Below are positions 1-12,128 of a DNA stretch of 64,000 nt, piece after piece. Each line of letters begins with the position of its first letter. Within the stretch, counting starts at the first letter, position 1. The notes beneath the pieces are model-generated. The model ran no database searches. It was not told the DNA's origin and was given only the letters and a program-made list of their open reading frames with translations. Origin of the DNA: Cirrosporium novae-zelandiae (lineage: Eukaryota); contig JAPETS010000004.1 of NCBI GenBank assembly GCA_026023565.1, forward strand, positions 868,001 to 932,000, written 5' to 3'. Both the position numbers and the translations under genes were made by a program.

Positions 1-1909
1 TTTAAGAGTGTAACAAGCTTCACTGCTGTTGGTATGTCGACCCTTTCCTTGATCATTCCATATATAGCTTTCTTCCTAGAATGTTACGCTCTACTTCGCC
101 AAAATCTATTTTTTTATGGTCTTGGAAGCGAGATAATTACGAAGAGTCTTGCGCAAGTCTTTCAACCTACTATTACTAAAATTTGTTGTTAGGGACATAC
201 GAGCCTGACTCCACCGATACAACTGGATATAATAATGACCTGATAGGTCTGGCCTGGATAACTTTTGATTCTACGTCTTCTCTCACCAATGGTGCTACAT
301 CCCGCATATTTGTTGGCACTGCCTCTGAGGCAGAGTCGATTTATGTGTCCGAGGATGCAGGCGCTACGTGGTCTGCAGTATCAGGCCAACCCACAGGGTA
401 TCTCCCTCATAAGGGCAAGCTCTCACCGGATGAAGAGACTTTATACATCACCTATAGTAATGGTGCCGGCCCTTATGATGGCACTGATGGTAGCGTTTAT
501 CGCTATTCAATTGCTAATAAAGGTATGAATCCTCACCTGGATGTCCTGAAGTTGGTGGCGAACTTGCTAATATGATTCTAGCCTGGACGGACATTACTCC
601 CGTTTCGGGGAGTGACCTATATTACGGGTTTGGGGGTTTAGCCGTAGATGCCCAAAATAACGGCACCATCATGGTTGCCAGCCTAAATTCTTGGTGGCCG
701 GATGCACAAATTTTCCGTAGTAATGATAGTGGCTCGACCTGGTCTCGAATTTGGGAATGGAATGGCTATCCGAATATAAACTATTACTACAGCCATGATA
801 CCGATAAAGCACCCTGGATTGACAATTCCCGACTCAGCAGTGACACCAAAGTACTTGGCTGGATGATTGAATCCATGGAAATTGACCCATTTGATTCGAA
901 CCATTGGCTATATGGTACCGGTGTTACTCTTTACGGAGGCCATGACCTCGAAAAATGGGATACTATCCATAATGTCACAATATCTTCTCTTGCAGACGGA
1001 ATCGAGGAAACTGCTGTACAAAGCCTTACTTGCCCTTCGGGTGGCCCACTTCTTCTATCAGCCGTCGGGGATGTTGGTGGTTTCCGACATACATCTTTAA
1101 CCACAGCTCCAACGAAGGAATTCATGACCCCTGAGTACACAACCAACTCCGATATCGATTATGCTGGCAACACTCCTACTGAGATCGTTAGGGTTGGAAG
1201 CGATTCCTCAGATACTAATCCTCAGATCGCTCTCAGCTACGACGGCGGGGAATCTTGGTCCATCGACTATGGCGCCAGCACAGGCTATTATGGTGGTAAA
1301 GTTGCCCTATCTGCTAACGGCGACACAGTCCTCTGGTCGTCTACTAGCAACGGAGTTCTTGTCTCTCAAAACACTGCAAGCTTTTCCACCGTATCGTCTC
1401 TCCCGTCTACCGCGGCGATCGCTTCCGATAAACGCAACAACACTGTATTCTATGGGCTCTCGGGTGGTACTTTCTACGTCTCTACCAATACGGGGAAGAC
1501 TTTTACAAGTACCGCAACACTCGGTTCCTCCTCCACTGCTCGCACTATCCGCGTTAATCCCACCAAGGCTGGTGACGTATGGGCCACTACAGACACAGGA
1601 CTCTTCCACAGCACGGACTATGGTAAGACATTCACACACATGTCCTCTTCCACTCTCGCTGAAGGCTGGAGCTTCGCACTTGGCAAGGGCTCAGGTAGCT
1701 ATTGGAACTTATACGGGGTTTTCAATATAAGCGGAACGGTGGATTTATTCGAGAGCACCGATACTGGGTCCTCGTGGTCGCTTATCACTAATGATGACTT
1801 GAAGTTCGGGGCTGCAAGCGCGAACGTCGTTGCCGCGAGTCCAGATACTGCTGGGCTGGTGTACGTGGGGACGAATGGGAGAGGGATATTCTACGGGACG
1901 TCGTCATGA
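1..1909 (+). CDS. Glycoside hydrolase family 74 xyloglucanase (3' part; 5' end lies before the window). Introns ~32-192 and 523-581
   Basis: ORFs 183-575 and 572-1909 join via GT-AG introns. Repeated BNR/Asp-box motifs (SEDAGATW, SNDSGSTW, SYDGGESW, STDYGKTF), GH74 motifs GPYDG and SAVGDVGGF, and C-terminal YVGTNGRGIFYG. Confidence 0.93.
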
Positions 1910-3896
1910 ATACACGATGAAGCTTCAACTTTCGGAAATGACCTCGAGGGTTAATCCAGCAATTCTACTCTGAGAGAGAATTTTGTATTTTTGTCCTATC
2001 CGATATATTCCCCAACCTGCACATATGTAAAGAGAAAAAAAGTTATACATTCAATTGATTACAAGTAAATGGGCTATAATTCAATCGTATCTGTATTAAA
2101 CTAGCCTAGAACTATCTTCTCCGATCAGGACAATAAATCTCAATCCAGGAGTCCAGCCTTACGTACTGCTTGTATATAAGAAATTTGTCTGAGGGTATAT
2201 TTTCCTTATAGCATTTTATGGTTTACAACTATTGTAGAGAGGGAAGAAGAACTATGCTAAATAAACACAGCTAGTATGCAACAAGGACACCATCACAGGA
2301 GCATACTCGAGCACACCGGTAGGTACTCCGAAATCATCCCCAGATCCTTTTTCATAACACACAAAACCTTACATCCACTCCTGCGAAATGCCTGTTTCTG
2401 AGATCAACAACATCCACCAGCCTCCGCAACCCCCAAATCAATTTCCACATTTCTGAGCTCCTGTGGATATACTCCTGCATCCCCAGGGGCCAGAGCTTCA
2501 CTTGGACACTTCCTTCCTAGGTTTTTATTAGATCGCATCCTCAACTTTTTATTTCATACCTCCCTTATCCTTCCCTCCGTTTTTTCTTCTCCACTGATTT
2601 ATCTAGCTATCTTCACAATTACATAGACCTAGCTAACAAACCCGCATAGTTCTCTTGCACGATCACGGTCACCTCACCTTACCAACTTTGACCAGCTTCA
2701 GAAGGACGAATTCTACCTGCGAAAAATATACCCCGGAACCTTGGATGGCACGTTCCAAGACGTCTCTACGCTTTTTACGGAAAACTATAGATTTTGAGAG
2801 ATCTAAGGAGAAGGGAAACATAGAAGGGACCGGAAAAAGAGCTGTTGAAAAGATGTTCCCTCTCTTCAAAGAACCTAGTCTTGGGATGTTTACAGGTAAT
2901 ATTGAATGGTTATACTATCAGGTCTTAGAAAATCTTCTACAGTTCCCGGGACATAGACTCACGGCTATACCTCTTCCATTTATAGAAGCCTATTTTTCTC
3001 TTCCCTTTCCCCCTTCTCCCCAAGGCACCATCCGCCCGTCTACATCCCGCTACTATTTACACACACCTACCTACGTCAGCGCCTCTATCCCCTACATTCT
3101 CGACTATGGCTTCTCCATCTTTTAAAAAATATCCCGCTGTACGACTCAAATACGATCCCTTACACCTGGGGACAACCCCCCCCACTAGGTCTCCTACAGC
3201 CTCTCACATCCAAACAAAAGAGAACAGTGATGGATGATATGCACGGCCCCGATCTCGAAACTTGCGGGGTCCCCCTATATATTGTGAGGGCGCGCCAAAC
3301 CTCCTTTAAGGGAGACCGCTGCCTGAGTTATGAAGACAGCGTTCGACTTGTGCATGCACCTCGGGGAGAGTACTCCTAAGGTATCATTATTATTTTGCAT
3401 CCCGAATACGAATCACATACTATTCGTTTTAGCTTATCCTATCACACTCTTAATTATCTAGGGGCTGCCGGCTTCCCCATCGTGGTCTCCGAGCTAAATA
3501 CTCCATAGCGTAAACTAAACTTAAAATATCCTTCTAACGATGAGGCAACTTACCCATACTAATTAACTATTAGTCTACCTAGGGGTGTTACCTGAAGTAG
3601 TTAAATTCCGCGTGGAACCCGCAAACAGTTAACTGACTATGGATTTACTCAGTATTTCGCCTGACACCACAGTATATTGTAGGCAGTATTTCCGTACATC
3701 TATATTATCATGATTATTATAAGAGCGAGAATTTTGTGCAAATTATTAAGAATATGACTTGAGGGAGGACGAGGAGGAGGGGATAACGGAGATAAGAAAG
3801 GTGAAGAGTATAGTAGGTTTAGCTTGCATTCCATTCATCTCCAAATTCCCTTGTCAGGTGAGAGAGGCGTACTTATGGATTTGTTTCGCTAGACAC

Positions 3897-3989
3897 TGTT
3901 GAGTTATCAAAAGGTGACTGTGATTAGGTTACTGAGTAACCTAGTATTTGCATGTTATATTGAGCTTGGTGTAGTTGCGTAACTCAATA
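3897..3989 (+). mobile_element. ~93-bp solo-LTR-like / miniature element, copy 1, flanked by 5-bp TSD GACAC
   Basis: Ends TGTTGAGTTA...TAACTCAATA form an imperfect inverted repeat (TG...TA). GACAC at 3892-3896 and 3990-3994. Homologous copy at 49514-49598. Confidence 0.75.
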
Positions 3990-4911
3990 GACACCACAAT
4001 AAGTAGAGGGAAGCCGTCAAGCACAGTACCCTTAGCCTACATTATCTATCCCCCCCATATTGAGGACCCCCCTTTGTGCATGAAAATGGTTCTCTCAGAA
4101 GCATGAGTGCTCGCCTTTTCAAGCTACAGTACCAAGTATATTATAGAAATAAGCAAGAACGTGCGGAAAGGGAAAGGGGGGGAGTTATTCAAAAACTGGA
4201 AAGCCACCAGTCCCAATGTAATTAAAAAAACTTTGAGCTGCTTTGCTCGCTAAAGTTTCATTCTCTAGGGTTGCAAATGCAGAAAGAGGACATGTGCATG
4301 CAAACCTGAGAAAAGAAGTTCTTCCCGATATCTTTGTTTTTATGTTCCCCCTATCATCATACACTTTGCGTATGTGAGTGTGCGTGCGTAACCCTTTTAT
4401 TGTCTATATGTCGCCATCGGGGTTAATTGCCAATCTATCTATGGAGTTGGTTTGGGGGGTTGCTGTCTTGTAGCATTCCCTTTAGGCTTTAGCAAGTAAT
4501 TAGATTAATCCAGCTACACACCGGATATGGGAGTTATTTGGATTCCATTAGACTAGAGTGGGAGGAAACAATTCATTTGTGGTTTTCTGAGATGTCCTAG
4601 AACAATCACTAAGGCATCTTGAGTCTGACATTTCTCAGCATGGAAAGAAACAGAGATGAGTAGAGAAATCGAGAAATAAAAGAATGTCATGGTCACACAT
4701 TTAACCAACCCAAAGAGTTTTGGTGATTTCATATATGATCCCAGAACCGTAGGCTCACTGCTACAATTCCCCCAAAACATAAAAAATTGAACTGTGAACT
4801 CGAGAGAACACAGGGTTAACTTGTATCATAATCTCACTCAGACACCAAGTGCTAGGACTAGGGCCTAATTCTGACAGTCGCCCAAAGTGGAGGCACACAG
4901 AGGCAAAATTT

Positions 4912-6044
4912 CTAGTCGATATAATCGTAAGGAGGCACAAAAATATACAATAGCGCGTGAAGTGACGCCGCTCCCAATGGCCCGAGCCACCATACCCAGT
5001 GGTCTTAGCACAAATGTCGTACCAGTCAGAAATTATATATGCATTCCTTGTTCTCTAGGGATTTTGTTGCTTACCTTTCCAGGTACCATTATAAATAGCC
5101 AGCGCAACGCACCTTGCGGGGTTCATGCTGGCGCCCGGAAAGTCTTCCATAATATTACTTGCGGCGAACGTCATCAAGCCTAGGGCGCATCCAATAAGGA
5201 GGGGAGCCATCTTGAGACTGGAGAATTCAGATTGCCTTTGATCTAGACCTAATCTAAAAATCAGATACCTGACATACACAAATACTATTAGTGAACCAGA
5301 AGTTGCGGATCGTATATATATATCTCTTACAATAGAATAAAACAGCAGACCATTTCGATGAGAAGGCCTTCCGCAGAGGAGATAGAGCCAACGCTGCAGC
5401 TTAATTGACAGGAGGCTAAACTTAGTGGGTCGTCACATACATTGGTTTGTATAATAGAACTTACTTTGATATGACGCGATTTCGAATTCCTCCTTTAAGT
5501 AAGCCTCCAGCGAGTGCTCCTCCAGCTGTCTGTGCTACTATGTATGAGATGCCTCGCGCTGGCTTAGTCAGGCCAGCCAGAGTCATTCCTAGTGTTATAA
5601 GGGGGTTAATATGTCCCCCTGTGACAGGAGCAAAAGCATAGATCATCAGGGAAAGCAGAAAAATATTTGAAACAGCCACGTATGGCGCGACAAATGTTAT
5701 GCTTGAGTTTACTAGGGTAAGACCGATGAGACCTGTTATATAACAGAGGGAGGCGCTCGCGGCGAATTCGATTATCTGTGCCCGAAACCGAATTTCGCCG
5801 GGTGTTAGCTGTATCCTTTCCCCCTGTTTGGTGATGCTCTTTGTTGTCAACATACTGCAGCTTTCCATATTTTCGAATCAGCCCAACCGGTAAAGAAAGA
5901 CGATCTAATCACAACTGGGTCTCTAACATTTAGTGTAGCCTCGATATCAAGATTCTGGTCTAGATGAGTTGCGCCAAGAGGACTAGGGAAGTGTACAGCT
6001 GCAGCTGGTGCAATTCGAACCCTTTGGTTGGGCGTGTCCTTCAT
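4912..6044 (-). CDS. Major intrinsic protein (aquaporin), XIP-like; 5 exons
   Basis: Spliced translation MKDTPNQRV...GGHINPLITLG...NLASC...GASMNPARC...DHWVWWLGP...YDYID*. Variant first motif NPL and second motif NPARC. Confidence 0.88.
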
Positions 6045-6464
6045 TTTTCCGTTTGTTAGGAAACGTCTAGATCTTAGTATTTGGAGAAAACAAGGGAAAG
6101 ATCCCAACCATAACTCGGCGAAGAGAAACGACAATACTTCAGAAGACTTTATGAATGTATAAAGAACCTTATGAAAGAGCAAAAAGAAGTGAACAGTAAA
6201 AGATAATGCGGAATATCTTGGGCTTCTTATAGATGAGACGCAAGCTGTTAGTCCGAGACTTCGCTAGCAATCGACGGAATTGAAGCCGTAGTCATTTTTC
6301 GGCAGAACAAAAAGGTTACAAATGGAGACAATATATGAGGGAATTGCTAAAGGTCGAATCATACCAGAAAGGCAACAGTAGGCGAGACAATGCTTTGTAT
6401 AGGGATTGCACAAACGGATAAGACGAAAATGGCAACTGGTCCAAGGAAAAGGCTCAGCATGAAC

Positions 6465-6936
6465 CAGTGTTGTCGATGTGTGATTTTGTGTATGGTTCTT
6501 TATTAAATTTATCCAAAATATTCTAGTTATACTATCTAGTCTTGGCACGGCATCTTCCGAGATCCTTAACAGAAACCACAGATGGACTAGACCGAAGGTC
6601 ACATGACACACGGATAATATAACCCGCGCGGAACGCGCCCAAAATTTTTGAATCTCGGTTCACCACACCATATCTTATCTCCACGTGATATCACGTGGAG
6701 ATAAGCTTACTAATCTATCCGAAATAAAATACCGAACTCCGACACTCTCAAATTTCCCCCTACAAACCCCAAAAATATACCCCCCACTAATAATTCGCAT
6801 TTATATAGACCAAATAGACCTTGGACAATCAAGGTCTGGTCGGTTTGGTCTATTCAAAAGCTTCGTCTGGTCGGTCTAAGGTCTATAGACCGTCTATGGT
6901 AGACCGTCTATTTAGTCTGGTCCATCGACAACACTG
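6465..6936. mobile_element. Non-autonomous hAT-superfamily element (MITE), 472 bp
   Basis: Perfect 14-bp TIRs CAGTGTTGTCGATG (6465-6478) / CATCGACAACACTG (6923-6936). 8-bp TSD GCATGAAC at 6457-6464 and 6937-6944. Subterminal TAGACC/GGTCTA repeats; no transposase ORF. Confidence 0.9.
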
Positions 6937-7207
6937 GCATGAACATCTCATCATGTATATACTGCCATAGGCCGATGATCAAAATATAATGTAACTGAAC
7001 AAATCAATCAATCAGCTTTTTCCTCTCAGTCAGTCCCTTCAACAACAAAATTGGTTGAATTCCGGAAAGTTTGTGCTGCTACCTGTCCACTTCCTCTTGA
7101 TATATTAAACCCTCGACAACCACTTGACTACCACAAGTTTACGATTTTAAACTTAACTTATTCTTTAATTAGCTAGTCCTTACCGTCTTTCGAACGACCA
7201 AGTAGCC

Positions 7208-8007
7208 ATGAGCTTCAAATTCCAGCCCTTCAACAGAACTGATGTCGTCTATAAGACAATTAGCAAGGCACCTCTCACCGCAACTATACTTGTGCCAAAA
7301 AGCGCCGAGAAGGGCAAGCATCCATTACTGGCCCATTTTCATGGAAGAGGGCTGCTGGTAGGCGATCGCATGTTTGGAGAATGGTTCCCTCTATGGTGAG
7401 TGAACCTTATCAACAAGAGTAAAGGTGCGGACTCATATTTGAATATCTTCTAGGCTGCTTCAATTTGCAGTATCACGGGAAGCCATTGTGGTGACGCCAG
7501 ACTACCGTCTTATACCGGAAGCCAACGGGACTGATATCCTCGAAGATGTTAAGGACTTCTGGGACTGGGTGCACAGCTCCGTTCCCTCAAAGGTCTCTGA
7601 AACATGGCCTGGCATTTCAGTAAACTTGTCAAGGATTGCCGCGGGTAGAGAAAGCGCAGGTGAGGGTGATGCGATATATGAATCATTTCGCGTTTCGGTT
7701 CGTTGCTTTGTGTCTTTAATGCTGATTTTTTGCTTTTAGGGGGTTCTTGTCTCTCCAATCTGCATTTCTCTTTCCGGAAGCTGGTATAAATCTAGTCATG
7801 ACTCAATATGGCACACTTGATATTTCCCATTTTGCATATAATCCTGCACCTGCAAACCCCCCATCTCCAGAGAAGGCACGGATGATGCACCCAGAAGTTC
7901 CAATTCATGTTAGTCTCCAGCCAGGTTCCCATGGCTTTGACACAATGAGCACAATGGATGATGCCTGGGTTAAAGAAGGGGTGGAATTTGTCAAGAAATA
8001 TTGGTGA
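7208..8007 (+). pseudogene. Alpha/beta hydrolase (HSL/abhydrolase_3-like), probably a pseudogene
   Basis: Motifs HFHGRG (normally HGGG), PDYRLIPE, GRESAG, GSHGFD. Introns 7396-7453 and 7660-7739. Splicing the second intron leaves the frame 1 nt short of GFLSLQ, and the region between the nucleophile elbow and the catalytic His is very short. Confidence 0.7.
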
Positions 8008-9704
8008 AAATATAGTGAAGAAATTGCCAGTTTAATGTTTGAGATATTAATGCTTGCTAGCATAAGTGGGTATTTTTGTATAGTTAGACTGGTTATAGTG
8101 CAAATTGTGCAATGTAATGTAACTCCCAGCGAGGTATTATCGATATGGACTCAAACCAAACAAACTGATTAATTAATTAATTATGCAAACATAACCATAA
8201 TAACCTTAACCCATTAGATCCCATCAGAGTAAAAGCCGGAGCCGAGTTCACCTACGTCATATGTGTAGGGTTGTAGCCTGAGGCTACAATATGCACAGAC
8301 TTCATTTACAACCATAAGTTGTCTACGACCTCCATAGTTCGACAATCAATTGTTCACACTCGCGTTTCGTGTCTATAGGAAGAATATCTCTGAATAGAGA
8401 AAATTCTTCGAAGGGATCAGAACAGCCTTTCCTACCTTCTAACGATATTTGCTTTAGAGCCTAGTGGATAGATTATTTAATGCCCCTGTGATGCAGCATT
8501 TCACCAACGGGGTATATCAACTTCAGCTTACACTTCTTTGCATCAACACGTAGCCGCAAATATGCACTCATAATTTATGATTTGGATACTATGGGACTGG
8601 TATCTGTCCTTGCTTTTTTCTCTATGACTTTGCTCTACGCTTTGCATACCCACAACATTAACGCAGCATAACGACTGGAAGTGTGTGGTATATTCCTCTT
8701 CTTCACCCAGATTCGCCTAAGAAACTCGAAGGATGCTATACATATAGCTTCTCGACAGTACATTATTTCCGTTCATAATCTGCAGCTGCGTTACGGAGGA
8801 GTTATGTGTTGTGGAAGAATGCTTAAATGGACTGGTATGAAATGAATATATTCAACTTTCTCGAAACTCGACTGCGAAATCTTAGGCAATCTAATTCAAT
8901 AGCTTCGAAAGAGAGCTCGGAAGGTAATTCATTGTCCTTAGCACATGTGTGTAAGCCTCGAGGATCTTACGAAAACATTTGAACGCGTTTTTGTCCTCGT
9001 CGATGGCATATGCGGGCTCGGGGGGGTTGTGATAAGGTGTTGGAGACTCAAGGGATCTTGACTTCGATTTTACGAGTCTGACGCATAGCGACTCTATTTC
9101 ATCCTCTGGCTGGTCTCATTTCCCGCCGATTGGCTATGCTACGTGATATGCTTCAACGCAATTTGGCATGCAGATCCAACCTGTGGACCTGACGGGATGT
9201 TGCGGTTAGTTGTCTATCTATCTAAAGACAGCCTACTAATAAGTATGGGCATGGTCTGTGCACTAGCGCTGGCCTTCACGGTTCTACAAACCATAATTAT
9301 GTCCTATTTGTCAGCTGAACCATGCAACTTACCAATTTTAGCTAAGAAGGTGAAATTGACGATAGCGCTACGAAGATGCTGATGACCAAGATCCATATAA
9401 TCATTCTCAGCTATATCTCATTTATTATTCCACTGCTTATAAATAACATCTAATTGATTTCTCTGATTAATGCAGAATCGGAGTCAAGATATTCCCATAT
9501 TGCAAACAATGGAGCGATTCCGAGCCGGATAGAGCATACATAAGGCTCCTTAGGTTCTTGCGTGTACTTACTGACATTTACTGGCAAATTATATTTGCTC
9601 TTTCATTGAAGTTTCTGTGAAATTGAGACTCTTTTGTGGTATTATATCTCTTTCACTACACGAGTTCCGTTCTCCTATATTTTGATACCCTTCAGATACG
9701 CAAC

Positions 9705-10862
9705 ATGAGTTCGAAAATTACTATCGTTATTGTTGGAGGCTCATATGCCGGCATTGCAGCCGCTCATGCCATTCTCAAGGAAATAAGGACTGTAAAAGTC
9801 ATCCTCATTAATCCATCTGACAAATTCTACTTCAACATCGCAGCCCCACGTATACTCGCCAAGCCTGAGGCGTTTGAACCAGAACAATATCTTCTTCCCA
9901 TCGCAACGGGGTTTAGCCGCTACCCAAAAAGCTCGTTCGAATTCATTGTTGGCAGTGCAAGCCTCATCAATACCATAGCCAGGACCGTCAGGGTGGGAGA
10001 CGCTCGAGAGGTTGAATACGACTACCTTCTGATCGCATCGGGAAGCACAACAGCATCGACAATTGGCCAGCACAGTCTCCTAGCGCCGTTCAAGTCTACT
10101 GGTATTAAAAATATTGCCTCGTCCATCAATTCGGCCCAACAAAAGGTTGCTAGCGCCAATGTGATCGTCGTTGCTGGGGCTGGCCCAGTGGGGGTAGAGT
10201 TTGTTGGAGAGCTTGCAGATGTTTCTGGAAAGAGTGGTGGTAGGGATATTATACTCATTTCTGGAACAAGCAAGCTTCTCCCTATGTTGAAAGACGCCGC
10301 TGGAGATGCAGCCGAGAAAATCCTATTGAACAAGGGTGTGGAGATCATCAAAGGGCAGAAAGTAACGCGAGCTGAAGAGGATAGTTCCTCTGGGAAATGG
10401 AAAGTCACTCTTCAAAATGGTAAGGAGATAACGAGTGACATTTACATTTCTACTACTGGGGCTATTCCGAACAACTCCTTCATTCCTCCTGAATTTCTCT
10501 CGAGCGAAGGTTGGGTTGGAGTCGACGATGGACTGCGTGTCAAATCTTCCGTAGGGGGTGACACCGGGAGACCGCTGCCAATTTTTGCGATTGGGGACAT
10601 CATTGACAGACCCAGTCGTCTCGCGATGAAAGTGGCTGAACAGGTTCGAGTCTTGACAGCAAATCTTAAAGCGGATGTTTTAGGTCATGGGAAACGTCTC
10701 ACTTACAGCCCTGGGCAGAAGATGGCGATGATCATTCCTGTTGGTGAAACAAGTGGTACAGGTGAAATGTTTGGATGGGTTCCATGGGGAAAAATAGTGA
10801 AAATGATCAAGGGCAAGGACTTTTTTGTTTCTCGGGCTCGTACATTTATCTCAGGAAAGTAG
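9705..10862 (+). CDS. AMID/AIF-like FAD-dependent pyridine nucleotide-disulfide oxidoreductase, intronless
   Basis: IVIVGGSYAG FAD motif, YDYLLIASGS, VAGAGPVGVEFVGEL NAD(P)H motif, FAIGD. ATG at 9705. Confidence 0.88.
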   Translation: MSSKITIVIVGGSYAGIAAAHAILKEIRTVKVILINPSDKFYFNIAAPRILAKPEAFEPEQYLLPIATGFSRYPKSSFEFIVGSASLINTIARTVRVGDAREVEYDYLLIASGSTTASTIGQHSLLAPFKSTGIKNIASSINSAQQKVASANVIVVAGAGPVGVEFVGELADVSGKSGGRDIILISGTSKLLPMLKDAAGDAAEKILLNKGVEIIKGQKVTRAEEDSSSGKWKVTLQNGKEITSDIYISTTGAIPNNSFIPPEFLSSEGWVGVDDGLRVKSSVGGDTGRPLPIFAIGDIIDRPSRLAMKVAEQVRVLTANLKADVLGHGKRLTYSPGQKMAMIIPVGETSGTGEMFGWVPWGKIVKMIKGKDFFVSRARTFISGK

Positions 10863-12128
10863 CAGGGACACAATATCCTTAATTCGGGATGTACCATTGC
10901 TTCGATCCTAGATTAATGTCAGTCATCCAATATTTGCAAATTCACTAGTCCTCATGAAGAAAGCGTGACGCTGTACATCCAAGTTGACCGTGGGACGAAG
11001 TCATGGAAATCGTGAGACGATTAAAAACGCCCCTCAATTGATAGGGGATTGGGAACCGGTGGCTTCGGGTATTTTTGGTTAACTTACCTAGCAGAGTAGA
11101 TATAATAATAATAACAATAATTTATTACACCTGGGGGCACTAGTACTACAGTACATCTATTATGGTCAATAGGATCCAACGCTAGGGCCCCTACCCTAGG
11201 TGATACATGCATCACGCCTTCTAGATAATAGTAGGCTCAGGAATTAACCATAAAATTACAAGACATCATCCATAATCAGGACAAGTTCTCAAGAGAATGA
11301 GAGAGGAGGATGTTTCCAGAGAGATTACTTTTGTATAAAGGCCTTCCCAAGGTCATTTCACCCTCGGATGTAGAATTAAATCCATGAAAAATATATACAT
11401 CTACATAATGCATACAGTTCGCATAATCAAAACATGAAAATCCAATCAGTGGCTCGGTGGTGTCTTCGGCGCATCAAAGTTCCGGCAACGACGGTATCGC
11501 CGACATTAACTCAGGCCAAGTGCATAAGCTTTCCCTCATCAGGATATCAGTTTACTCTGTAAGATAGGCCTTCTGACTCAATTCAGTAGGTCACCAAGCG
11601 ATCAACAAGCTTGATCCAGGGTATCTCACAAAACTAAACAATTATGAGATGTTATCTACGTCAGATTACAGGATCAACCTTTCTAATAGTTTGCTAAGTT
11701 CTACATTCTAATAGATATTGGCCGAAAACAACAAATTAAGGAAGGATTAGAAAGAAAGACAGTCCCATTAATCTCGTATCAAGGCTTCTTCTGGCTTCTG
11801 GACCCAACATGCAATTGCGAATACTTTGATAATAATCTGCAATCTACAGTCTTTAATATATTGCTACGGCGCAATCATCCATATGCGATTAGATACCTTA
11901 CCACGAGTGGATCTCCCAGAATCTGACGAGACCTAGTTACCCACCTGTTCCTGGGAGTTGCGTGTGCTATTGCAAAGTTCGGTACGATCTTTACCCTCGA
12001 TAACCATGGAGCTTTAAAAACCTACTGGATCCCTGGCCTGTTTAGTTTTTCGTGTTTTTTTTTTGTGAGAATCTGGTAGCCGATTTCTTCGGTTCAGTCT
12101 AGAAGAAGTAGAAGATACACAATTCACA

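Noticed and set aside
8570..8850. Fragment VHNLQLRYGGV, reminiscent of a cytochrome P450 N-terminus
   Set aside because: Too short, interrupted, and no downstream P450 motifs.
11076..11249. TGGTTAA...TTAACCA-bounded, TpA-rich 174-bp segment (possible solo LTR)
   Set aside because: Flanks (ATTTT / TAAAA) are not a direct TSD and I saw no second copy in the window; unresolved.
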